A stretch of DNA of 64,000 nt from Octopus vulgaris (lineage: Eukaryota). Positions 42,301 through 54,500 of this stretch are shown piece by piece (within the stretch, counting starts at the first letter, position 1; each line of letters begins with the position of its first letter). Below the pieces are notes generated by a model. The model searched no databases and was not told the origin of the DNA. It was given only the letters and a program-made list of their open reading frames with translations. The DNA lies in NCBI GenBank assembly GCA_951406725.2, contig OX597815.1, forward strand, positions 14,818,001-14,882,000. The letters run 5' to 3'. Both the position numbers and the translations under genes were made by a program.

Positions 42301-45300
42301 AGTGTCAAAGTTGAGGGGGTCGAAAGAGTGTCTATGTCCATTCGCTACACCATATGTGCCCCAAAAAATTAGTGAACGCATGGCACATGTTACCAAGACA
42401 CCACTCACTCGCGAGTGACAGCTGACTGTAGAACTAGCAAAAATATCGGTTACTCCATTACATTCAAACTTTGTACCGAAACTAAGATCTAACTCACCAA
42501 TTCTATTGTCTCTAGATAGTGTGAAGACAAATCTGGAGATGTTTCGACCTTATTAAACCTTCTCGGTGAAGCATAGTCTAACACATATTAGATAATATAA
42601 TTATACACACAGAGACACACGAACAACAACAAAAATTACACACTCATACAAATAAATATATTCATTTGCACACCTTCTCTCCCACTTATACACATACGTG
42701 CATATATACATATTATATATTTGTATGTATGAGTGTACGTACGCATATTATTGAATTGTATACGTATATATAGTCATAAAATGTTGTTTTGTTGTGTTTT
42801 CCTTCAGTGTTCATATTCGGTGAAACCTATATACCATTGTTCATGGCGCGTTCCCTGCATGGTTTGGGATCAGCTTGTGTGACTATAGCGGGTAAGTAAT
42901 CACCATATTTCTATTGTCTTTGTTTTACTAGTTCGGGGCATCCTATGGGACGACCTAGATGAGATGAAGATAGTTGTTAAGCTAAATCTACAGTCGTGGC
43001 CAAAAGTTTGGAACATAGGTCTGAAACGTAGAATATTTTATGTTAAATGCCCAAAGTAATACTTAATTTGCAATATATTATTGCTTAATCAAAAGTTTGG
43101 AAAATACGCCTGAAAATTAGAATCTTTATATTAAATGTCTATTTGAATCGAATTATACTTGGGCGTAGCTATTTTAGTGGAGGCGCGTGGCTTAGTGGTT
43201 AGGGTGTCAGCATCATGATCGTAAGATTGTAGTTTCGATTCTTGGACCGGGCGACGCGTTGTGTCCTTGAGCAAAACACTTCATTTCACGTTACTCCAGT
43301 CCACTCAGCTGGCAAAAATGAGTGACGCTGCGGTGGAGTGGCGCCACGTCCAGCTGGGGAACACATACGCCATAGAAACCGGGAAACCGGACCCATGAGC
43401 CTGGCTAGGCTTTAAAAGGGCGCATTTATTTATAACTGTTTTAATTTTTTTTTAAATGTTCCAAAACTTTTGGCCACGACTGTACGAACTGATTTCAATT
43501 CTCCGTTGGTATTATTTGTCCTAGTGTCACTTATATCTTTGGAAAAAGTATGTGCACTTTATCGTCACTTTTTCATTCTCCATTATACAGTTATGTTTTA
43601 AGCCAGTAAAGTAAAATTTCTGATCGTCATGCGATGAGAGTGCAATGGTTACGTCTATGTTTTCTGAGTCAGAAATTCAGTTTCGTTACCCAGTTGGTCT
43701 TCAAATCATCTTCCTCTTTAATCAGTTAGGAAAGGCATGAATGTTACAACCTCCTATTCCTCCTCTCTTTCATAAATTTAAGATTTCTTCGGTACAAAGG
43801 TTTTAGAAGCTGCCTACCACCTACGTAACAACGTAACACTCATTGCATCCATCTACTCTCTTTTGTCATATTTTTCTGGCTGTTTTATGCTTTGTCAATA
43901 TACACACACATACTGTAATTTTCATATACAAGATACGATCGCAGGTCGCACCCGGTCGCGATGATACGGTCGGCCTTCCGCATTGGTCGCGGCACAAATA
44001 TTAGACTGAGACCGACGCGTACGGGCCGTCGCAGCAGCCGCCGCGCTCCGCGCGCGGGTCCTAGGCGTGCGGCGGCTTCAAGCCTTTTAAATGGTGGTGC
44101 CCCAGTATGGCCACAGCTCGTGAGCTGAAACTAGATGAAATAAAAATAAAAATATAAAATAAAAATAATCGAGTTAGTTTTTGTAACTGACGAGGCGGAA
44201 TGACGCGGAAACGCATGCGTCCTACGATCTAATGACGTCACCCACAGCCCAAAGCAAACTCACACTGAAGGATTTTCTTCCGGGACTATTCTTGCAGCAT
44301 CAGGTCTTATCACGGCCGGTTTCAACTGAACGTGATAAACATGACTTTACACCATTATATGAACCCACACACACTCACACACACATACTCACACACACAC
44401 ACACAGACACACACACACACAGACACACACACAAATATATACACACACAAATATACACACATATGTATATGTATGTACACGAAGAGGTGTACATACACAC
44501 ACACGCACACACACACATACTCACACACACACACACACACACACAGACATACACACACACACACAAATACACACACACACACACAAATATACACACATAT
44601 GTATATGTATGTACACGAAGAGGTGTACATACACACACACGCACACACACACATACACACACACACACACACACACAGACATACACACACACACACACAA
44701 ATATACATACATATGTATATGTATGTACACGAAGAGGTGTACATACACACGCACACACGCACAAACACACATACTCACACACACACACAGACATACATAC
44801 ACACACACACAAATATATACACATATGTATATGTATGTACAGGAAAAGGTATACATACACACACACGCACACACACACACATACTCACACACACACAAAT
44901 ATACACACACACACAGACATATACACACACACACACACACAAATATACACACATATGTATATGTATGTACACGAAGAGGTGTACACACACGCACACGCAC
45001 ACACACACACACACACACAGAATTCCGCTTACCCCGATTCTCTTTCCCTTTGACCTCCCCTCTTTCTCTCTCCTCCCACTCCTTTTTTCTCTTAAAATTG
45101 ATTTCACATCTGAATACGTGACCAGTGGCTATTCTACTTCTATTAATCACTTTAAACTCAATGCATAAAAGATAAACAAAGTAAAAGAGTCAAACAATGT
45201 TGGTATGAGTACACTCTATTTACATATGAGGGGATGCTGAAAAGGTCCTGGCTTTAAGGGTTTCGCGAAAGACTTGGTCGAAGACCCAACCTTCCGATTT

Positions 45301-45521
45301 CTTTTACAGGGTTTAGAAAAACTGAAGGAAGGCTGCAATAAGTGTGTGGATTTGAGAGGGGAATATGTTGGACAGAATTAACTGATCCTCTTGTATTTTC
45401 TTTTACGCAAAGCCAAGAACTTTTTAGCAACCCCTTGTACGTATGCATGTATAATGTCTTTTGTTTTATACATATACAGAGAGGTGGGCAGACAGGTAAG
45501 CAGGCAGACAGGCATGCAGGC

Positions 45522-45553
<32 letters not shown>

Positions 45554-48500
45554 GGACAGACAGACAGACAGATGGACAGACAGACATATGGACAGACGGA
45601 CAGACAGACAGATGGACAGACGGACAGACGGACGGACGGACGGACAGACGGACGGACGGACGGACAGACGGACGGACGGACGGACAGACGGACGGACGGA
45701 CGGACAGACGGACGGACGGATAGATGGATAGATGGATAGATAGTGCGGTGCAGGGTATATGGTGGTCGAACACGGGCATATGATTAGATATGTCCACGAG
45801 AAGAAGCGCAGTAATATAATATCTTAGCACAGTGTGGTGGTTAACGTTTATTTACGGTGTAGTTAACGAAGGAAAGGCAGTATCCAAGAACATTTTGACA
45901 GGATCTCTGACAATGATGATTGGGTAGGTGGAAAGGGGTTAGCATCCTTAGAATACAGGCCTAGTTCCTTAATTTGCAGCAGAGTGGACTTCATTAAAGG
46001 GACCAGAAGCCGAGAAGTGCTAAAACCGATGATGGATAAGTCTATTATCCAAGAACAAATGTAGACACTTCGATGGACGGATTACTGTTTCACAAGGTTT
46101 TGGGTGACCAGAGGCTGTAATGAAAGGCATTTGCCCAAGTTCGGATTCACTTTATGATTCCTTTCTATTATAGGCACAAGACCGGAAGCTTTTTGAGGGA
46201 GGGGACTAATCGATAACATTGACTCCAGAATTTCACTGGTGCTTTATCGATTCGAAAGGATGAAAGGTGAAGTCGACCTCGGCGGAATTTGAACACAGAA
46301 CGTAACGACAGACGAAATACCTATTTCTTTACTACCCACAATGGGCTAAACACAGAGAGGACAAACAAGGACAGACAAACGGATTAAGTCGATTATATCG
46401 ACCCCAGTGCGTAACTGGTACTTAATTTATCGACCCCGAAAGGATGAAAGGCAAAGTCGACCTCGGCGGAATTTGAACTCAGAACGTAGCGGCAGACGAA
46501 ATACGGCTACGCATTTCGCCCGACGTGCTAACGTTTCTACCAGCTCGTCGCCTTTATTCATTTTATGATTGAGAAGCGAACCACGCTGCCATGCTTGCGC
46601 CCATAACAGTGAAATGTATATAAAATGCTCGTTCTGTACCAGTCGATAATTTACTCAGGAAGGCGGTGAGCTGGTGGAATCGTTAGCCCGCCGGTCAAAA
46701 TACTCAGCAGCATTTCGTCCGTCTTTACATCCTGAATTTCAATTCTGCTAAGGTTGACTTTGCCTTCCATCCTTTTGCGGCCGCTAAATCAAGTACCAGT
46801 GAAACACTGGCATCGATGTAATCGACTAGTCCCTTCTCCCAAAGTCGCCACTCCCAAAGTCGCCACTCCCAAAGTCGCCACTCCCAAAGTCGCCACTCCC
46901 AAAGTCCCCACTCCCAAAGACTAGTCCCCTCTCCCAAAGTCCCCACTCCCAAAGTCCCCACTCACAAAGTCGCCACTCCCAAAGTTGCCACTCCCAAAGT
47001 CGCCACTCACAAAGTCGCCACTCCCAAAGTCGCCACTCCCAAAGACTAGTCCCCTCTCCCAAAGTCCCCACTCCCAAAGTCCCCACTCACAAAGTCGCCA
47101 CTCCCAAAGTCCCCACTCCCAAAGACTAGTCCCCTCTCCCAAAGTCCCCACTCCCAAAGTCCCCACTCACAAAGTCGCCACTCCCAAAGTCCCCACTCCC
47201 AAAGACTAGTCCCCTTTCCCAAAGTCCCCACTCCTAAAGTCTAGTCCCCTCTCCCAAAGTCCCCACTCTCAAAGACTAGTCCCCTCTCCCAAAGTCGCCA
47301 CTCCCAAAGTCCCCACTCCCAAAGTCGCCACTCCCAAAGTCGCCACTCCCAAAGTCCCCACTCCCAAAGACTAGTCCCCTCTCCCAAAGTCCCCACTCCC
47401 AAAGTCCCCACTCACAAAGTCGCCACTCCCAAAGTCGCCACTCCCAAAGTCGCCACTCCCAAAGTCCCCACTCACAAAGTCGCCACTCCCAAAGTCCCCA
47501 CTCCCAAAGACTAGTCCCCTCTCCCAAAGTCCCCACTCCCAAAGTCCCCACTCCCAAAGTCGCCACTCCCAAAGTCGCCACTCCCAAAGTCGCCACTCCC
47601 AAAGTCCCCACTCCCAAAGTCGCCACTCCCAAAGTCCCCACTCCCAAAGACTAGTCCCCTCTCCCAAAGTCCCCACTCCCAAAGTCCCCACTCACAAAGT
47701 CGCCACTCCCAAAGTCCCCACTCCCAAAGACTAGTCCCCTCTCCCAAAGTCCCCACTCCCAAAGTCCCCACTCACAAAGTCGCCACTCCCAAAGTCGCCA
47801 CTCCCAAAGTCGCCACTCCCAAAGTCCCCACTCACAAAGTCGCCACTCCCAAAGTCCCCACTCCTAAAGTCTAGTCCCCTTTCCCAAAGTCCCTACTCCC
47901 AAAGACTAGTCCCCTCTCCCAAAGTCCCCACTCCTAAAGTCTAGTCCCCTTTCCCAAAGTCCCTACTCCCAAAGACTAGTCCCCTTTCCCAAAGTCCCCA
48001 CTCCTAAAGTCTAGTCCCCTTTCCCAAAGTCCCTACTCCCAAAGACTAGTCCCCTTTCCCAAAGTCCCCACTCCTAAAGTCTAGTCCCCTTTCCCAAAGT
48101 CCCCACTCCCAAAGACTAGTCCCCTCTCCCAAAGTTTCAGGCCTTGTACCTTTAGTAGAAAGGAAACTACTTATTTAAGCAACCCTTGCATGACCCACCA
48201 CGCGAACCTTTGATTACAGGATCCATCCCTATACAATTCGATATTCAGAATTTCAAATATTTTCTCTTTCTGGCTGGTTTATGTGTTTTGTCTTTTATTC
48301 TTATATTTGTATTATTTTCTTCTTTTTTTTTTGCTATAGCTTGAGTCGTCACTTCTTTTCTTGTTTCTTTCTCTCCCTCTCTTTAATGCGCGCGCGCAAA
48401 CACAAGAAAACACATACGCATGCGCATAATCTCATTCACGCCTACCCCCCAATACATATACATACAGCCTTTCTTTCTGTTTTCCTGTCTCTGTTGTCAG

Positions 48501-48654
48501 TCTATTTCTATTTCACTCCTCTTTCTCCTCATCCTCCTCTCTCTCTCACCTGCTCTCTTTGTATCTTATTACTTCTGTGTATTTGTCTCCTTTTTCAATC
48601 ATACACACATACACACACAAGTATACTCATAGATAGACAGATAGATAGAGAGAG

Positions 48655-48697
<43 letters not shown>

Positions 48698-48942
48698 TCA
48701 ACAGACAAGATTCTCTCTCCATGCTTCTTTACTCTTTTTCTTTCGGCTCCTTTACTCTTTCCAGTTCTCTCTCTCTCCCCTCTCTCATCGTTTCATTCGA
48801 TATTTGTCACACACACTTTGTCACCTTACTCTTTCCTATTATCACGAATCTCCTTCACCTCTTTTCTTTCTCTTCTCTATAGCTTTCATTCACCCTTTTC
48901 TTTCTCTCTGTAATTTGCTACCCTTCTTTTTCCAAATACACA

Positions 48943-49023
<81 letters not shown>

Positions 49024-49059
49024 GCCCCTCTGTCTATCTGTCTGCCTATCTATCTATCA

Positions 49060-49149
<90 letters not shown>

Positions 49150-49155
49150 ATTTCA

Positions 49156-49224
<69 letters not shown>

Positions 49225-49833
49225 CGTATCTATCTGTTTGCCTGTCCGTTTACCTAGCTGTCTATCTATCAGTTTGTCTACCCATACATCTCCCTCTTCA
49301 ATTCTTTCTCATGCCGCCTAATTCCCTCCAAACATAATAAGCAAAAGACGAGTAAAATTTTCAATTTAGGTGTCTTTTCATCTGTTAAATACATTATACA
49401 ATGGCGCACAGTAGCCGGCGTCTTTCTGCCTTTAGTCGTCACGTTCTGACGTCATCAGTTGCGACGGCCATTTTCAACGACGCTTGTAATGAAACCTCAT
49501 TGAATTACAAGTTTTACTATGGACATCATTGACACTGAAAAGAAAGATGGCATCCACTGGTTCATTGATTGTGTATTGCTCTGTCCTGAAACCTGCCTGC
49601 CTGCCTGCCTTTCTGTGTTTCTTTCTTTCATTTGTCCTTTCTTTCTTTCTTTATATTTCTTTATATTTCTTCTTTTCTTACTTTGTTACTGAGGAAATGT
49701 TCCGAAACAAGATCATCGCGCGAAACTAGTTACAAGTACTTTATATAGCGTCCAATGAATACGCGTGCGCGCAAACACACACACAGAGGCAGAGAGAAAG
49801 AAAGAAAGAAAGAAAGCAAGAAATAAAGAAGGA

Positions 49834-49869
<36 letters not shown>

Positions 49870-51423
49870 CCTTTCATACACTCAACTATATCCCTCTTTT
49901 TCTCTCATTCTGTGTTCCACACATCCATACACGCACAAACACAGGAACAATGATAGGGGCAGATAAGGGGAGAGAGAGAGGAGAGAGCGGGGTTAAGATT
50001 AGTTATAGTTGATTACATGAACAAAAGAAGAGCACCCAATACATATATCAGAATGAAATAGATTTACTGGTATAGTGCAGCAGTGAAAATGCATCGTGAT
50101 TTGAAGGGATTCTTTTTTCATATCCACGGAAGCTGGATACACCTGAGGCGATGAAAATACAGCTTCTTACTAACAGAATGTTAGTGAAACACACTAACAT
50201 TCTGGCAGAAGCGATAGCACACCGGGCGAAATGCTTAGCGGTATTTCGTCTGCCGCTACGTTCTGAGTTCAAATTCTGCTGAGACCGACTTTGCCTTTCA
50301 TCCTTTCGGGGTCGATTAAATAAGTACCAGTTACGCACTTGGGTCGATATAATCGACTTAATCCCTTTGTCTGTCCTTGTTTATCTTCTCTGTGGGTAGT
50401 AAAGAAATAGGTATTTCGTCAGCCGCTACGTTCTGAGTTCAAATTCCGCCGAGATCGACTTTGCCTTTCATCCTTTCGGGGTCGATAAATTAAGTACCAG
50501 TTACGCACTGAGGTCGATATAATCGACTTAATCCCTTTGTCTGTTCTTGTTTGTCCTCTCTACGTTTAACCCCGCGGGCAATAAAGAAATAAGAAACGTT
50601 AGCACGCCGGACGAAATGCTCAGCGGTATTTCATGTCTTTACGTTCTGAGTTCAAATTCCGCCGAGGTCGACTTTGCTTTTCATCCATTCGTGGTCGATA
50701 ACTTAAGTACCAGTTGCATACTGGGGTCGATCTAATCGACTGGTCCCCTCCCCACAAAATTTCGGATGTTGTACCTAGAGTAGAAAATTTTCTCTAAGCT
50801 CTGTGAAAAAATCTCAGAATGTCGAGCTTCCAACTAGCCTTTCGCGAAACCCTTAAAGCCAGGAACTTTTGAGCATCTCCTTGTATCTAAATAGAGTATA
50901 TCCATAGCAACATTTTTATCTTGTTTATATTTTTTTCATTGAGTTTAAAGTGTTTAATAGAAATAGAATAGCCAATGGTTACGTATTCAGATGTGAAGTC
51001 AATTTTAAGAGAAAAAGGAGTGGGAGGAGAGAGAAAGAAGGGAAGTCGAAGGGAAAGAGAGTCGGGGTGAGATTGTGAGTGTGTATTACGTGTGTGTGCG
51101 CGTGTGTGTGAGTGAGTCTGTGTTTATGTGATGACAGTGTAGGTGTGAATGTGTTCGTGTTTCAGAGTGTATTATTCGTGCATTTTGCTTCATCGCGTGC
51201 GAATCTATTTGCTCGTGTCCACGGGCGCGTGTATGCATGAGTGCGCGTTTCTGTACGTATCTATGAGTATGTGTGAGTGTTTTCCTCCTTCAGTTTCATG
51301 CCAGAAAAACATAAAACAGAAAACGGAAAATAAAATATAACGATGTTTCTGTTGATTGCTGTCCTCTGGTGAGCATGCGCGAGATTACGTATATATATGT
51401 GTGTTTCTTGTGCATGAGTATGT

Positions 51424-51456
<33 letters not shown>

Positions 51457-51465
51457 CGTGCGTGC

Positions 51466-51515
<50 letters not shown>

Positions 51516-54500
51516 TTGTGCGTGTTTGTGTCGTAGAGAAATAATTCATTACATGCTAAATGGAGAGAGACAGACAGACAGACAGACAGAAAGACAGTTA
51601 TGGGTGAATGGTAAGAGAAAGAAAGGTATAGAGAGATGGAAGAAGTCTAGGCTGAGGAGGAGAGAGAGAGAGAGAGAGAGAGAGTGTGTGTTGGAGAGTA
51701 AGTGAGAAGCGAATGATAACATAACTGATTGCGAAATGTAGCCATTTTATTGAATGTCTCTATGTGTGAGGAGCGAGTAAAAAGTAGAAAGAAAGGACAG
51801 ACAGACAGACTCTCGGAAGGATTCTTTATGTATCATGAAAAAAAAAAACAGTAAGATGATGGGTCGAAGAGAAATTAGTGTTTGCTGCTTTTTTTTCTCA
51901 GCAAGACATTAATAATGATAAAACTGTTAAGAGTTATGGCGGCACACTTGGAAGACGTAGTTTTACGTGTGAAAGGCTTCTTCACAATTGCTCTATCATT
52001 TGGTGTGGGAGTTTCTATAGAATTTCTCTGATTGCTCCTTGAGGGTTGATATCATATCAACACCAACATCATCACTGCCACGACCTTCTATAGGGGGTGC
52101 CACTAAGTGGTTGGTCGACTTGAGCAGCCAGTCTCCTACAGAATCCCTCTTTACCGTTTTAAAAGACAAGAAATATTTTATAATTAAGTCCTATATATCC
52201 CTAGAATGAACATGGCTGGAACGTGTTTGATTAGGCCTGGCTCCAGGCTAAACAACAGCATCACCATCATTATGCGTATCACTATTACGACGGTCATGAT
52301 AATGATTAATGATGCGGACCAAGTACCTTGCATGGCCAAACAGCATCGGGTCTTCCAGATAGTATCTAGAGTGTTTCGTAGGCCTGTAGATAGAAGTATC
52401 ATAAGTCGTTCACAATTCTAAGTCGTCGGCTGTACAGACCACAAGTTTGTGATCTGTACGGGCAACCTATATAGGATCCATAGGAAGAGCTTCAGATAAT
52501 GAAAACTGAATGTGTCTTTCCAAGCATGCCAAGCTTTCAGAGACAGGGTTAGCAAGTTAGTCCATAGGAAGTTGTCGGATGCCATCGTCAACAACTGATA
52601 GTGTATAACCCTGGAAAGGGCTCTTAGAATAGAAGCAGTATGTTTTAATAAAGAATTAGCGTTACAGGAATCTAAGATAGAGGGGGACCCAGTTAGGAAG
52701 CTAGAAGATGCGCTTAGAAGAGACATAGTGACTGACGTGCTGGTGGCGAGATTGGCTCATGATCAATTCTTCAATACCTATTTCTTTACTACCCACAAGG
52801 GGCTAAACATAGAGGGGACAAACAAGGACAGACATAGGTATTAAGTCGATTACATCGACCCCAGTGCGTAACTGGTACTTAATTTATCGACCCCGAAAGG
52901 ATGAAAGGCAAAGTCGACCTCGGCGGAATTTGAACTCACAACGTAACGGCAGACGAAATACCTATTTTTTTACTATAATATATATTTCTTTACTACCCAC
53001 AAGGGGCTAAACACAGACGGGACAAATAAGGACAGACAAACGGATTAAGTCGATTACATCGACCCCAGTGCGTAACTGGTACTTAATTTATCGACCCCGA
53101 AAGGATGAAAGGCAAAGTCGACCTCGGCGGAATTTGAACTCACAACGTAACGGCAGACGAAATACCGTTAAGCATTTCGCCCGGCGCGCTAACGTGTCTG
53201 CCAGCTCACCGCACGTTGTCAGTGCTATGGAGCGTGTGCTAAGACACGAAGGAATGAAAACTGATCGTTGGGTACGGGAGACAGAGGCGTTACGTGACAA
53301 TAAAATCACAATTCGGCCTTTGATGGGCCGGGACGGGTGCAGACAGCTGAAGACATATGGGTTAGGGTTAGGCTAGATGCACGAGGGAGAAGTCTCCGGG
53401 GCTAGATGGTCTGCCCTTTGAGTTTTATCTTCATATGCCAAACTTGTTCAGTGATCTCATGGTGGATGTTAATCTCAACTGGAAGTAGAACAGGATAATT
53501 TCCAGTACTGTGAGCTGCGGCATGGTGCTGCTGAGAAAGGACTCAAAGAATAGGAACTGGATTGACAAGTTTAGACCTATGAATATCCTAAATGCAGATT
53601 TTAAGATTTTGGTCAAGGTGTTAGCCAAGAAGTTGGCGCTTGTCGATAAGATGGTCGGTGATGCACAGACATGTGCTATCCCAATCAGATCTGTCCATGA
53701 CAATCTCCACTTCACGTTACATCATTGATAGGGTGGGTAAAGAACCTGACATGGGTGTGGTCCTGATCAATTTGAACCTATCAAAGGCTTTTGATAGGGA
53801 CAACCTCCAATACTTGGAAGCTGTCCTCGCGGCGGCTAGGTTTGGTCCCTTTTTCAGAGGCTAGATCACTGCAGTGTATAGAGTCATCTGTTCGGTAGCC
53901 ACCGATCAAAGGCGCTTAGAATCGCACGTTCAGTCAGTTAAGGATGCCCGCTCTTGCTCCTTCTGTACATGCTGGCTTTCGAGTCATTGTTATGGAAACT
54001 GGATGTTTGGGGATATCCCATGTAAACTAGGATGCGGAAAGTTCGTGTCGGTTTATGCAGACGATGTCACCGTAATAGTGTCGGATATCTAAGAAATCGA
54101 GGTGATCAGCACTGCCCTAAGAGTACGAAGCGGTGACCCGAGCAAAGATTAGCCAGGAGAAGTCGATGGGCTTGCAACTCGGCATCTGGAAAAGCGGAGC
54201 TTTGCCGACTAACAGCACCGAAGGACGCTGAACGGAAGGACCAGTTAAACTGTTCGGGGTCTGGTTTGGTCCAGATGGATGGTGGGGAGACGATCAAGGT
54301 TGCCAATCTCACTTAGAAATGAGCAGATAGGAAGCTGTTCCTGAAGGGTCGAATGGAGGTGACGAATGCAAGCAACGCTTCCGTCATCTAATACCGCCTG
54401 ACAGTTGTCTCTTACCTTGCTTCATGTCTGATCAAACCGGAGAACTCGCTCTTCCGCTTTCTGTGGAAAAGTCATGTTCCCCTCATCAGACGGTCCACCA

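Noticed and set aside
29480-42580. Further hammerhead-like fragments near 29495(-), 30812(+), 40557(+) and 42545(-), and the lone CTGATGA at about 13728
   Set aside because: Core or stems are incomplete; possibly decayed relatives but not supportable.
46826-48135. CRISPR-like or telomeric array, or GSGDF/WEWRL repeat protein
   Set aside because: No unique spacers, eukaryotic context, and the unit derives from the surrounding SINE.
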